NCBI RefSeq assembly: GCF_036365525.1
Contig: NC_090397.1
Location: forward strand, 67,833,781 to 67,897,780
Length of the DNA: 64,000 nucleotides
Direction: 5' to 3'
Source of the DNA: Heterodontus francisci
Taxonomy: Eukaryota
In this document: positions 34,953-48,373 of the stretch, one piece after another
Layout: each line of letters opens with the position of its first letter
Position numbering within the stretch: position 1 is the stretch's first letter
Notes under the pieces: model-generated
The model's database searches: none
The model's input: the letters and a program-made list of their open reading frames with translations, nothing else
Told to the model about the DNA's origin: nothing
Position numbers and translations under genes: made by a program

Positions 34953-37900
34953 GTAGCATTTTATTCCAGTTAGATTAATTAATTAAATTTCCTCCTGCGA
35001 CTGTGGTGGGATTTGAACTCATGTCTCCAGAGCATTAGTGCAGGCCTCTGTATTACTAGTCCAGTAACATTACCACAATGGAACTGTCCACCTGAGACGA
35101 CAGATGGGGCCTTGGTTTAAAGTCTCATCTAAAAGGTGGCACCTCTGGCACTGCAGCATTCCCTCAGTGCTGCTCTGGAGTGTCAGCCTTGAATTTTGTG
35201 CTCACGTTTCTGGAGTGGGACTTGAACACACAACCTTGTGACTCAGAGGTGAGAGTGGTACCAACAAATCCCAAGTTGGATCTTCAGTCTGTCCTGGGTC
35301 TGCTGACCTCAGCTAGAGTGCTGGTACAGACATTGCAATTTGTTTTGGTACAGTCGGGCTGGGGAAAAGAGAGTAGGTCAGTCGGAGTTACCAGTCCCAA
35401 GGGAGGTCGGAAAGAATGGTTTCTTCCATGTGCCACTTGTATCAAATTGAGAAACCTATTTTGCATTAAACATATGTAAGATTCTGCTACATGTAATGCA
35501 CAGTCTAAACTCCTCAATTCTGGGCAGATTCTATACACAGCAGTCAGAAATAAAATGCTAAAATTAATCAATATTCTGAAGGAGCACATGTGTAAGGAAT
35601 TATACAATTCTACAATAACCAAACACAGTATTGATATGGGTTGCACAATGAGGAGTTAAAGTACAAATTGTACTGTACAGTAATTAATGTGGAATTTGCT
35701 GCAAAAATCACTATTAATAACCACTTGTGGTCACGTGACACTGAATGCTTTAAAAATTGCCCATGAGTTATACAATCTCAGTATCACACGTAGAGTTTAG
35801 TGTGGAATGTTCTCAACTACAGGGATTGTGTCTGAATGTATGCATTAAAAAAAACTTGCATTTATACAACATCTTATTCCATCTCAAACCACTTAAGATT
35901 TGTGAAATGCAGTCAATCCTGTCTGGTAAAGTGGGTGGAAGGTTATCGGGAGTTGGTGGAAATGTGGAGTAATCAGTTCAGCTATGAACTTGTTGAATAG
36001 CGGAGCAGGCTCGAAGGGCCGAGTGGCCTACTCCTGCTCCTAATTCATATGTTCGATTGTAAAAAATATGGGATCCTGAACTTTATAAATAAAGGCATAG
36101 GGTACAAAAGCAAGGAAGTTATGATGAACATTTATATAACTCTGGCTCAGCCTCAACTGGACTATTGTGTCTAATTCTGGGCACCACACTTTAGGAAGGA
36201 TGTGAAGACTTTAGAGAGGGTGCAGGAAGGATTTACAAGAATGGTTCCAGGGATGAGGGACTTTAGTTAAGTGGGTAGATTGGAGAACCTGGGGCTGTTC
36301 TCCTTAGAGAAGAGAAGGCTAAGAGGAGATTTGATTGAGGTGTTCAAAATCAAGACCGGCTAATTGTGGTGGTGGCAGGTAGAGGCCCTTATTTGGGCAT
36401 TAAGTGCTCACCTAATAGGCTGCGGGGCTGGAAGTCCATTCACAGGCCTTCCCGCCCCAGACTTAATTTCGGCGGAGACGGGAAGGTGGTTAGGGTCTCC
36501 CCACCACCACCATCCCACCCGATTATATGCTCTCCCGGTTTCCAAACCCACCGGGGGGAGAGCATAAAATTCCCCAATGGGCTGAATGGCCTCCTTCTGT
36601 GCTGTAACCATTCTATGATTCTATAAATGCAGCAACAACATCCACAGATGGCCATGCAATAAATTATCAGTTAATCTGCTCTCAGTGCTTCAGCTACAGC
36701 CTTTACCCTGCTCTTCTTCAAATGGTGTCATGGGATCTTTAGCATCCACCTGAATAGGCAGACAGGGTCTCGGTTTAATATTTCATCCAAAGAGCTATGT
36801 TTCGATCAATGCAGCACTCCCTCATTACTGCACTGATCCATCAGGTTAACCTTTTGAGTGGAAACGCATTGTCAGAAATTACCCTGACCATTTATCAGAA
36901 TGCAACACAATGAGTTCTGACAAAGGGGTTCTACCTAAAAAAATTAGTCTGTCCTTCTCTTATCAAATGCTAATCAGTTTTCTCCAATATTTTGCTTTTT
37001 TATTTCAGATTTTCAGGGTTTTTTTAAATTCTTGAACTTAATCAATGTACTGACATAAAGGGAAAGCTTTGAGTGTTTGATACACATCCTTTTTGTTTGG
37101 GAGGAACAATGTACCATTTCTCCACTGTAGTTTTACTTACAAATCCTGTACTTCTGGTTATAAATAGATGAAAACAGTATGCCAAATACATTTCTTTTTC
37201 CATGAAAAAAGATATCCCTTTAAATTGATGTGTTTCTTTGAACTGAAATAATTGCAGCCAGTGTGTTGATTCAAATCAGGCCTCAGGTGAAGGAGCTCCC
37301 CACTTCTGAAATTCTTAAACAGCAATTATATTTCATTCATGCGGCTCACACTTGTTTATGGTACTTTTGTCTCCCTCAGGTATTGGTTCCTAGCATTGTT
37401 CCACTCTGCTATTCGGTAAACCTGTCCTATTCATGCTGCATTTGGTTTCATTAACAGGAGGCAGGAAACAAAAGGGTTGAGGTGGCAATAAAATATGGGT
37501 CCAGCTTGCCCCACTATGCTCCATGCATCTGAGAAGGTATATCCATTAGGCCTTGACAATAATGCCAGTTATTTTTAACATAATATAGTTGCAAACAAGG
37601 TTTTTGTTTTTTGGATTAGAAAAGTGGCTCCCTCAGAAAAACTATGATAATTGAAACCATGGCCTTAATGGGAAGTCTTTGGGTGAGAGAAAGTTATTGA
37701 CTCCAGTGTGCTTTGCAAGTACTAGGATGGTAGAATGTGAACTAGATGGGCCATGGTCTTTTATCATCAGCATTTCCTATGTTCCTTGGATCAGATTGGA
37801 TCACCTTAAATTTATTATGAAATTTATTTTATTTCATGCCAATCCTCACCTCACCTCCTTCTCTCCAGGAGGATTTGACTCTTTGCTGAGGTACAGTTCC

Positions 37901-38574
37901 ATGGGCACCAGGCATCCTGCAGTACCTGACCCAGTAGTCATTTATTATAGGTGGGTCCAGACGGTAGGTATCCGCTGATTATTCAACCATAACAGCCAAG
38001 CTCATTCTTTTCTCAACTTGTGTCCACACATTCCCCACCCTTGAGGCAGGGGTACAATATATTGATAGGGCTGTGTACTGTGACCAATATTTCCCATTCT
38101 CACTCTAAGACCAGTTTAGTGTACTTCCCTCACCCAGAGCCCAGATAATATCATCTAATTCAGGAGAGTCCAGGATTCAAAGTGGGACTTTCCTGACCTG
38201 CACACCCTACCTCCTCACGAGATAAACTTGATAAGCCAATGAGAGAGTAAAAGTTGTTTTTAATCACAATTAAACAGATGCCAGGTGCAGAAGGTTTGAT
38301 GTGAAAAGAGTTCTATTATGATGAATTGGGTGCTGCTTTCAACCTCTCAACTCCAGGAATTTTACATTTGATGCTGTATTGAAAGTCGCTCTTTAGATTG
38401 CAAATTCCCTGAGTGCAGTATGAACTCCCTTTCACAATGGACCTTCAATCCATCTACACCTCCATCCCACACCACCACCACCCCCCCCACCCCCCACCCC
38501 CCACCAAGGCAACCTATGATCTTTTCTACTTCTCATTGAATTGTAACCAAATTAGTTTCCATCCATCACCCTCC

Positions 38575-39679
38575 CCGTCTGACCAAACTTGATTTCACCC
38601 CGAACAACTTTTCCTTCAACTCGACTCACTTCCCCCAAATAAAAGGTGTTGTTAAGGGAACCCACATGAGACCTAGTTATAAATAAAATCAGATAGTGCT
38701 GGAAATACTCAGCAGGTCTGGCAACATCTGTGGTGAGAGAAACAGAGTTAACATTTCAGGTCGATGACCTTTCATCAGAACCAGGAAAAGTTAGAAATGT
38801 AACAGGTTTTAAACAAGTACAGAGGCAGGGAAAGGAGGGAGGGAGGGGAGAACAAAAGGGAAGGTCCGTGATAAGGTGGAAGACAGGAGAGATTGTATGG
38901 CAAAAGGGATGATGGTGCAAGGCAAAAAGAGATGCCAAGTAAAGAAACAAAAGCTGCCATCTGAAAACAAAAAAAAAACAGAGAGAGAAAGAAATGGGGG
39001 CAGAGATTATGATCTGAAATTGTTGAACTCAATATTGAGCTGGGAAAGCTATAAAGTGCCTAATTGAAAGATGAGGTGCCGTTCCTCGAGCTTGCGTTGA
39101 GATTTATGGATGAAATTTTCCAGTTTGTGGCAAAAGCAGGAAGCAGCACCAATACAGTCATCAATGTACCATATAAAGAGGTGAAGGAAGGGGCCTGAGT
39201 AGGACTGGAACAAGGAATTTTTCACATTTCCCACGAAGAAGCAGGCAGAGCTCTGATAGCAACAAATATTATTTGGAGTAAGTGAGTGGAGTTAAAGGAG
39301 AATAAAAGCAAAATACTGCAGATGCTGGAAATCTGAAATAAAAACAAAAAGTGCTGGAAATACTCAGCAGGTCTGGCAGCATCTGTGGAAAGAGAAGCAA
39401 AGTTAACTTTTCAGGTCTGTGACCTTTCATCAGAACTGGCAAAGGTTAGAAAAGAATCAGGTTCTAAGCAAGTGAAGGGGAGGGGGTGGGGGAAAGAACA
39501 AAGGGGAAGGTGTTTGATGGGGCAGAGGGTGATGAAATAACAAAGCTGTCCTGGGACAAACGCAAAGCATGTGTTAATGCTAATAGTGAAAAACAAAGCA
39601 TTAGTCCAGGGAGAGTGTTAATAGCGGAATAATGAGCAGCTACATGACTACATGAAAAGCAGGCACATGGTTAAAAAAT
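38575..39679 (-). mobile_element. Rearranged Penelope-like element fragments with two hammerheads (38743-38785 and 39401-39438)
   Basis: Plus-strand NNFSFNSTHFPQIKGV..GTHM.PSY (RT) abuts minus-strand WYIDDCIGAAS and RKLEERHLIFQLGTL. Two CTGATGA-A-AGGTC-NNN-GACCT-GAAA motifs. Confidence 0.85.
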
Positions 39680-40883
39680 TCTTCTTCTTCTTTGGCCTCC
39701 TTGTCTCAAGAGACAATGGGTAAGCGCCTGGAGGTGGTCAGTGGTGTGTGGAGCAGTGCCTGGAGTGGCTATAAAGGCCAATTCTAGAGTGACAGACTCT
39801 TCCACAGGTGCTGCAGAAAAATGTGTTTGTCGGGGCTGTTACACAGTTGGCTCGCTCCTTGTGCCTCTGTCTTTTTTCCTGCCAACTGCTAAGTCTCTTC
39901 GATTCACCACACTTTAGCCCCGCCTTTATGGCTGCCCGCCAGCTCTGGCGAACGCTGGCAACTGACTCCCACAACTTGTGATCAATGTCACAGGACTTCA
40001 TGTCGCGTTTGCAGACGTCTTTAAAGCGGAGACATGGACGGCCGGTGGGTCTGATACCAGTGGCGAGCTCGCTGTACACTGTGTCTTTGGGGATCCTGCC
40101 ATCTTCCATGCGGCTCACATGACCAAGCCATCTCAAGCGCCGCTGACTCAGTAGTGTGTATAAGCTGGGGATGTTGGCCGCCTCGAGGACCTCTGTGTTG
40201 GAGATGCGGTCCTGCCACCTGATGCCAAGGATTCTCCGGAGGCAGCGAAGATGGAATGAATTGAGACGTCGCTCTTGGCTGACATACGTTGACCAGGCCT
40301 TGCTGCCATAGAGCAAGGTACTGAGGACACAGGCCTGATACACTCGGACTTTTGTGTTCCGTGTCAGTGCGCCATTTTCCCACACTCTCTTGGCCAGTCT
40401 GGACATAACAGTAGAAGCCTTTCACATGCGCTTGTTCATTTCTGCATCTAGAGACAGGTTACTGGTGATAGTTGAGCCTAGGTAGCTGAATTCTTGAACC
40501 ACTTCCAGAGCGTGGTCGCCAATATTGATGGATGGAGCATTTCTGACGTCCTGCCCCATGATGTTTGTTTTCTTGAGGCTGATGGTTAGGCCAAATTCAT
40601 TGCAGGCAGCCGCAAACCTGTCGATGAGACTCTGCAGGCACTCTTCAGTGTGAGATGTTAATGCAGCATCGTCAGCAAAGAGGAGTTCCCTGATGAGGAC
40701 TTTCCGTACTTTGGACTTCGCTCTTAGACGGGCAAGGTTGAACAACCTGCCCCCTGATCTTGTGTGGAGGAAGATTCCTTCTTCAGAGGACTTGAACGCA
40801 TGTGAGAGCAGCAGGGAGAAGAAAATCCCAAAAAGTGTGGGTGCGAGAACACAGCCCTGTTTCACGCCACTCAGGATAGGAAA
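39680..40883 (-). mobile_element. Young 5'-truncated RTE-clade LINE with 11-bp TSD
   Basis: GVKQGCVLAPTLF, LLFADDAAL, RLRWLGHV.RM and CHSRIGLYSH motifs; (GAA)n tail; TSD GGTTAAAAAAT at 39669-39679 and 40884-40894. Confidence 0.95.
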
Positions 40884-41210
40884 GGTTAAAAAATAATATA
40901 TTAAAAAAAGGCCAGTCACGCTCTGAAGTTATTGAACTCAATGTTCAGTCTGAAAGGCTGTAGAGTGCCTAATAGAAAGATCAGGTGCTGCTCCTCGAGC
41001 TTGCGTTGATGTTCACTGGTACACATAGAGTTAAAGGAGAAGTTGTTCAATGTGAGAACAAGTTTAACCAGGCTGAGGAAGGTGGTGATGGATAGAACTG
41101 GTTGGGCCTTGGTCCAAGGAAGAAACAAAGAGCCCTCAGATCGTCCTGGTGGGGAATAGAACAGTAGAGAGATTGGACGTCCATGGTGAAAAGGAGATGG
41201 TTAAGCCGGA
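40884..41210 (-). mobile_element. Continuation of the Penelope-like element interrupted by the RTE
   Basis: LVKLVLTLNNFSFNS joined to QRKLEEQHLIFLLGTLQPFRLNIEFNNFRA*, implying an internal deletion. Confidence 0.85.
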
Positions 41211-41329
41211 AAACTGTTATAAACAGTTAAAAACAATGAGGCCTAGCTCGGCTTATTTTTTGTAAGATACATTGTTTGTTCCGGTCTTACTCAGGTCCCC
41301 TCCCTGACCTCTTCAGATTCACTAAAATG

Positions 41330-41780
41330 ATACCAGGGTTAAATGATAAGGACAGGATGCATAGACTAGTCTTGTAGCCCTTGAATATAGAAGATGAAGG
41401 GGTGATCTAATGAAACTGTTTGAGATGACTAAAGGATTTGATAGGATAGAGAGAAACTATTTCTCCTGGTGAGAAAACAAATCCAGAACAAGGGGGCATA
41501 ATCTTAAAATTAGAGCTATGTCATTCAGGGATGATGTCAGGAAGCACTTCTTCACACAAGGGGTAGTGGAAATCTGAAACTCTCTCCCCCAAAAAGCTGT
41601 TGAGGCTGGAGTCAATTGATAATTTCAAAACTAAGATTGATAGATTTTTGTTAGTCAAAGGTATTAAAGGTTACAGAATAAACACAAGTAGTTGGAGTTA
41701 AGATATGGATCAGCCGTGATCTAATGGAATGGTGTGGAACAGACCGGAGGGGCTGAATGGCCTTCTCTTGTTCCTATGTT
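41330..41780 (+). mobile_element. CR1 LINE 3' fragment
   Basis: RTRGHNLKIR and HFFTQGVV motifs with typical tail. Confidence 0.85.
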
Positions 41781-42084
41781 ACACAGATGGTTGTGTCAAA
41801 AACAAAAACATGTATTTATATTGCCCAAGCTGTTTCACAGGAGCATAAACAGAAACATAAAATTTGACACTGAGCCACATAAGGAGATAGTCAGACCAAT
41901 GACTCAAATGCTTGATCAAAGAAGTCAGTCCAGGTTCCTGTTCTTGCCTAAACTCGAGGATCTTGTTCATTTTACTCCTAACTTCCACCCCTCCCTTCTC
42001 TTTAAGTGGTCCACTTCTGACTCTTCCCTTCCCTTCCTCGAGATTTGTAACTATCTCTGGGGACGGACTGCCCACTGTTATCTA

Positions 42085-42764
42085 TTTTTTGTTCATTCAT
42101 TGGTATCACCTTCTTCCCAGAAGGTTGACTGCCATAGATCTCCACCTCTGTCTGTCCTGTGCTGTCCTTACACATTCCACACAGATCAACTGCATCCAGT
42201 CCATTCTATCTGTCATCCATTTTCTTCCCTGCTTCCCTTTCCTACGTTTTCCATCAATCTTTCCTTCCAATAATTGTCTGTCTACCTTCTGCTCTAATGA
42301 TGTGACTGAAATATTGTATCTTTCTCTTTGATGTTATGCACTAATTTCCTCTTTTCTCCAGCCATTTCCAGCACTTCCTCATTAGTCTTTCAGTCTGTGT
42401 AAGATATGCAGAACATCCTCCTATATGTCCACATCTCGAATGCATTTAGCTTATCAATAGTCTCTTTGTTTGTTGTCCATGTCTCTGAGGCATATAACAT
42501 ATATGGCAAAATGTAGCACCTGAGCATTCTTTTCCAAAGATTCAGGGTCAGTTTCTTTGATATTAACACGTACTTCATTCTGATAAAGCTGGTCTTGGCT
42601 ATCTCAATTCTCCTTCGGATCTCACAACCACATCTCCCATCGTCTGTGATAATCTGCCCAAGAGACCTTTTCACTTGTTCCAGGGCTTGTCCGTTTACTT
42701 CAATTTTCACTTCTGTGGTTAGGTCTCTGCTTATCACCATTGTCTTGGTCTTCTTCACATTCAT
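42085..42764 (-). mobile_element. Older RTE/BovB-like LINE 3' fragment, next to a short Penelope RT fragment at 41915-42080
   Basis: MNVKKTKTMV...EIRRRIEIAK...LYASETWT...NAFEMWTYRRM; adjacent FHPSLLFKWSTSDSSLPFL is Penelope RT-like. Confidence 0.85.
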
Positions 42765-43084
42765 TTAGAGTCATAGAGAGATACAGCACTGAAACAGGCC
42801 TTTTGGCCCACTGAGTCTGTGCTGACCAACAACCACCCATTTATACTAATCCTACATTAATTCCATATTCCCTACCACATCCTGCCACCTACCTACACTA
42901 GGGGCAATTTACAATGGCCAATTTACCTATCAACATGCAAGTCTTTGGCTGTGGGAGGAAACCGGAGCACCCGGCAGAAACCCACGCGGTCACAGGGAGA
43001 ACTTACAAACTCCACACAGGCAGTACCCAGAACCGAAGCTGGGTCACTGGAGCTGTGAGGCTGCGGTGCTAACCACTGCCGCCC
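42765..43084 (-). mobile_element. V-SINE (HE1-like)
   Basis: Same sequence family as 3405-3715 and 48036-48335. Confidence 0.88.
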
Positions 43085-43476
43085 AAATCCATGTCTCATA
43101 GTACATAGTTCAGGCACTTGTCATACAACAAGCAATATCCTCATTGTGAAAGTAGCACAGAACTTATATGGACGGTAGTATTGATAACACCCTCAATCAA
43201 GCCTTACCAATCAATACTATTGCAATAAAGACAGATTAATCCGATAAGAAGTATTGGAAAATATGATATTGTAGTCTTATTATTTTGTAGACCTGTAGAT
43301 CCATAGCAACATCAACAAACAAATATAGCCCAATCTGATTAAACAATAGTTCAAAGTGGTAAATGCCTCATTTGATACAATGCCAACTGGTTTCTACCTG
43401 CTTAATACTTAATAATTCTAGAAGTCATGCACCAGCCAAAAGTCTGATCACTTCATGTTCTATAAAGAACAATGTT

Positions 43477-44388
43477 TGTTATGACCAGGTGAGAAAGGGG
43501 TCTAGGGGTCCCTTTTGCCTTCACTTGGTCTTACTATAACAGGATTTTTTTTTTAAACACTGTGTTTTCAGCTCCCCCTTGGTGAATCCTTGTTCACCAC
43601 TTTCCAATTATAAGGCAAAGAAATGAGCACAAACAGGCTTTCTTAGGTTGAAAGAAGAAAAGTGAAATTTATTAAAACTTAAACTCTAATTCGGTTTTCG
43701 CCTACGGATATACGCTGCGCCCATGCATAGGCGATACGCACATGCAAATAGAGACAGAAAAAAGCAGAAGAAAAATAAAGTAGAGGTTTGAGGCCATCTC
43801 TGAAGAGGGGTTTTTGTTACTGCACTTGGAGCTCGCTGTAGTCCTTGATTGTAGGTAGATCTTGCTTTTCGTTGGGGCCCAGTATTCTTCTTAAACCTTG
43901 TTCACTGTCGGAGATTTTTCTCTCTCGGGATTCATATGTCTTCGATGGATTCGAAAGCTGGTGAGAATGAGATGAGAGCAGACAGGTGAGATGTCTTTTC
44001 CAGTCCAAGAGCAAACAGCTTTCTGTCCTCAAACACTGTTTCTCCAATTTAAAACTCCCCTAGTTGACCAGCAGGTGGTCACATGACTGACTGCTTTGAC
44101 CATGTCTCTTCTGTGTATTGGGAGCATCTTAGCATTCAACCTGGAATGCTAGCCTCTCCACCTTCAACGTCTGGTAATCAAAAGTCTATTGTGGATTAAA
44201 TTGGAGCAAGGAATGGCCCCTTTGTCCTTTCCAAGTACTGTCTGTTACTATGCAAATGTCTTTCCAGTCAAGGGTCTTTTTTTTTAAAAAGGCAAGTTCT
44301 TTCTTTACTCCAGTAACCGTTTAAAAATCAATGTTCATGTGGCGAAATTAATGTGCCTCATTCTTGGCAGGTGAGGACCTGCATGACA
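43477..44388 (-). mobile_element. Solo LTR copy 2
   Basis: Reverse complement of copies 1 and 3; flanks ATGTT and ATGGT (5-bp TSD with one mismatch). Confidence 0.88.
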
Positions 44389-45048
44389 ATGGTAAACATT
44401 CAAAATGTCAACTAATCTCTATTAAACAAATAAACAAGAACATGGGTTGCAGCATTAACGTGAGTCTAATGCTCATGTCTGCAACTTTGAAGTTCCCAAC
44501 ACCTCTGCCCAGTTTAACAACAAGAACTTATTACTATCTCTGTCGCCCTGCCTCTCCAGTCAAACTTCAGTGTAGATCATAGGCTATTTCTTCATTGTGG
44601 CACTTCTGTTTGACCATGACCTCTTTTCTCACTCTTGACATCACAGCGCATTCATCAGTTTTTGTATCTCCCACCCAATGCATCCTCTATATAATGCAAC
44701 AGCACATACACTCAAATCTCTATCTTCACATTACCAACTGTTGGACCAAACTGCAGTAAATGAATATCCCTTTTATTCTTATCTGAGAGGGTTTAATTTG
44801 TTTATTTTTGCACTTTTTTTATTTGTTCATGGGACGTGGGCATCGATGGCGAGGCCAGCACTTATTGCCCATCCTTAATTGTCCTTGAGAAGGTGATGAT
44901 GAGCTTTCTTCTTGAACCACTGCAGTTCTTGGGGTGTAGGTACACCCATAGTGCCGTTAGAAAGGGAGTTCCAGGATTTTGACCCAACGACACTGAAGGA
45001 ACAGCGATATAGTTCCAAGTCAGGATGGTGTGTGACTTGGAGGGGAAC

Positions 45049-46422
45049 TTGCAGGTGGTGGGGTTCCCATGCATCAGCTGCCCTTATCCTTCTGGTTTTT
45101 GTTTGCTTAGGGTCTCAGAATTTTTAAATATGGGGTTTTAGAATTTGTGCGTCAGGGGTCTTGCTTCTTGTGTCTATGGGGAAGTCGTACACTTTAAGTA
45201 TGTGCGGAGGGCCTTGGACATGTTTTGTTGAGGGCTTGCACTGATGTATATTGGGACTTATATTTGTATGTGACTCACTGACTGATTTTTATGCAGTTTT
45301 GAAAGGTTGGACATCCTTCCAGTGAGGGGTTCACTGACCTATCAGTTTCCAGTTTTGATAAAGGATCATCCTCCTAAACATTAACTTGTCTTTTCTCTTT
45401 GCAAATGCTGATGGGCCTGCTGTGCATTTCCAGCATTTCCTGTTTATATTTCAGATTTCCAGCATTTACAGTTTATTTTTATTTCAAAGCAGATTACTAC
45501 CTGATCTCCAACCTCCTCATGTTCCTAACTTCTTTTTAAAGGTCATTTATGTCATATTGAGAGAAAATAATTGTGTCTAATTAAAAGATATAATTAATAA
45601 TTCAAACAGTTCAACACACAGAAAGATTTATTCAAAGGGAAACCTTCTAATGAACAAGCTATGGGACCATTCAAATAGCTCCTTCTGATAATCAAAGGGG
45701 AGTCAAAGCTTCAAGGAGGCAGTTAATTGTAAAATAGAGATTATGGACAACTGAATGTTTACAAAGCAGATTAGGGGGTGATCTGACTGAATTGTTTTAA
45801 GATGATTAAAGGATCTGATTGGGTCAATAGAGAGATACTTTTCCTTTGATAGGGCAGTCCAGAACAAGGAGTATAACTTAAAATTAGAGCTAGGATATTC
45901 AAGGATGATGTTTCAGATAAAGTGGCGTGGAAATCTAGAATTCCGCTGTGGGTCAAATGAAAAGTTCAAATCAGTGATTGTTAGATTTTTACTAGGTAAG
46001 AGTATGAAGGGATAGGGAACCAAAGCAGGTAACTGGAGTTCAGATACAGATCAAGCATGATCTAATTGAATGGTGAAACAGACTCGAGGGGTTGAATGGC
46101 CTCCTCCTGTATGGTGGTAATTCCTCTTTTATTTTATTTCCTGTACATGTTGAGCATTGTACTTAATTCTAGTCCTCTCTCTCTCTCTTTGTTTCCATGT
46201 TCCCAGAATAATAGTTCTGAAACCAGTTCCTCTGCTCTGAAGGAATGACCAGCTTCATTACTGTTGTTTTTGCAGCTAAGTCTAATTGGGAATGCAGTCT
46301 TTCCAGTTGACACTATTTCTGTGCAGGCACCATCGAGTTTCTTTTCCTGTTTCATAGCAAATGACCAAGTGTCATCAACTATATATCAACACTGATTCCA
46401 CTGTGCTTCAGAATACCTAGAT
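45049..46422. repeat. Copy B of the inverted duplication (partner 599-1518), with about 430 bp extra, mostly a CR1 3' tail
   Basis: Same blocks as copy A, in reverse order and opposite orientation. Confidence 0.92.
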
Positions 46423-48035
46423 CTTATCTTTCCTGCCCACCTCTTCGGGGCAATTACTAACCTAACTACACCTAATGAATGCCAAGTGAATGAGTGCCTG
46501 GAGAGGGCTCGTGGAGGAAATGCCAGCAAAGGGCAGGCAAACAGTGGGAAACATACAAACCTATGGAGCTGATGGGCAACAAAAGACGAGTCACTCTGTC
46601 AAGCCTGCCCCACATACCATGATGGCTGGAGCATCATGACTAGACACCTCCTCCCAGCCCCCTCCCTCCCCACCACTGCAGACCAGTAATCTCCTGGGAG
46701 AGGCAAAAAAAATCAGAGAAAAAACCCAGAGCCAAGAAGGGAAAAAATATTCTGGAAAATTCCTCAACGAACTCCTCAAGTGATCGAAAGATGAGGATGA
46801 GAAGACTCCGAAGAAGTATAATTCCATGAGAAAATAAGGAAACCACAAAGCGAGCACAATGAGCAACAGATGCAGCATATATGAAAGTTAAACATTTGAC
46901 TGATCTCAGCTCTTCTGAAATCTTTTCCTTTATTTAATTTTACAGTGGCCCAGATTTTGCAGGAAGGATACTTGTGAAATTATTAGTGCTCACCATAATT
47001 AAGAAGTAAATCAGACAGCAACCTCCGGCGACTACACACACACAATTAAGCGCAGAAATTAGGAAGTTGCTGTCCAAGTTTCCTGGCTCCTCCAGAAGCT
47101 CTGCTATACTGCTATTTCTCTGAGAGACATGGCATTGAGGGGAACAATGAGAAGTTGCTGTACTTACATAATAGATGCACACTAAACTTGCCAGAAAAAG
47201 TTAGAACTTGTCCATTCCAGTGTAAGTGTATTTTTAGCACCGTAATATGTCTTAATTACTGCCATGTAACCTCTCTGGCACTGAAAATCAAATTTACAAG
47301 TATGGAGTCTCATTCCTTCAGATTTTAATTATTTTACCTTTCTCTCTATTTTGCTTCCTGTACAGAATTTGACATTGAATTAAGTATTCTGACACTTCCT
47401 GGTTCAGATACTGCAAGGGAAATTTTAACCCCCAAAAATCGCAAAATTGAGCCCAACCTGCCTTGAACCCATCCTGTCTTGAACCCATCCATTTCCAGAT
47501 TTAACAGAGACAGGAGAGGGGTCATAAGGGATGGAGAACCAACCTGCTCCCGGGAGACAAATTTAAATATTTTAATGAGACTTTGAGCCTCAAATTCTAT
47601 CTCTCTTCCAGCATAAAGCCACAGTGTTCCCACCTCCCCACCCGTCGTGATCTCTACCCCAACAGCATGAACTTACCTACACCAGGCCTGCAGCAAGTTT
47701 TGCAGCAGTCCCCATCTGACACAGAGCCAAGCCTGTAAACCAGTTTAAACCCCACAGCATTGGATGCAATTCAGTTTCCCAACCAGCACCTCTACACACA
47801 CCAACACCCAATAGCCCCAACCCAGATTTGCAAATGCAGTAAACATTAGAGCCTGTGTGTCTCGGTAAGGATTCTTCAATCTGATTGGTTAAGGTGATAC
47901 ACAGTTTCTTGTCCTGTTCACCCAAGTCCCAGATCCCCTGTAGAGGCTGCCGTGCTGTTTTGAGTTTCTAATCACCGCAAGTTCCAGTGCAAAAGCCCAT
48001 AGAACCTCAGTGGGCGAGAGTAAGTGTAATGAACA

Positions 48036-48335
48036 GGGCGGCACAGTGGTGCAGTGGTTAGCACCACAGCTTCACAGCTCCAGCGACCCAGGTTCAATTC
48101 TGGGTACTGCCTGTGCAGAGTTTGCAAGTTCTCCCTGTGACCGTGTGGGTTTCCGCCGGGTGCTCCGGTTTCCTCCCACAGCCAAAGACTTGCAGGTTGA
48201 TAAGTAAATTGGCCATTATAAATTTCCCCTAGTATAGGTGGGGATGTGGTAGGAATATGGGATTAATGTAGGATTAGTATAAATGGGTGGTTGATGGTGG
48301 GCCGAAGGGCCTGTTTCAGTGCTGTATCTCTAAAT
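48036..48335 (+). mobile_element. V-SINE (HE1-like)
   Basis: GGGCGGCACAGTGGTGCAGTGGTTAGCAC head, B-box GGTTCAATTC and V-domain. Confidence 0.9.
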
Positions 48336-48373
48336 AAAATTTTAAAAAACAGCTGGAATCATTTGTTTGTCAC

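Noticed and set aside
35730-35739. Isolated GTCACGTGAC (CLEAR/USF-type E-box)
   Set aside because: A single 10-mer far from any supported promoter is not enough evidence.
44400-47300. Search for duplicated RBM17 exons or exons 7 onward near the inverted duplicate
   Set aside because: No SPF45-like coding sequence was found, so there is no evidence that RBM17 is split or has a pseudogene here.
48036-48110. tRNA-like A/B-box sequences here and at other SINE heads
   Set aside because: They continue into SINE bodies and lack a complete cloverleaf, so they are not tRNA genes.
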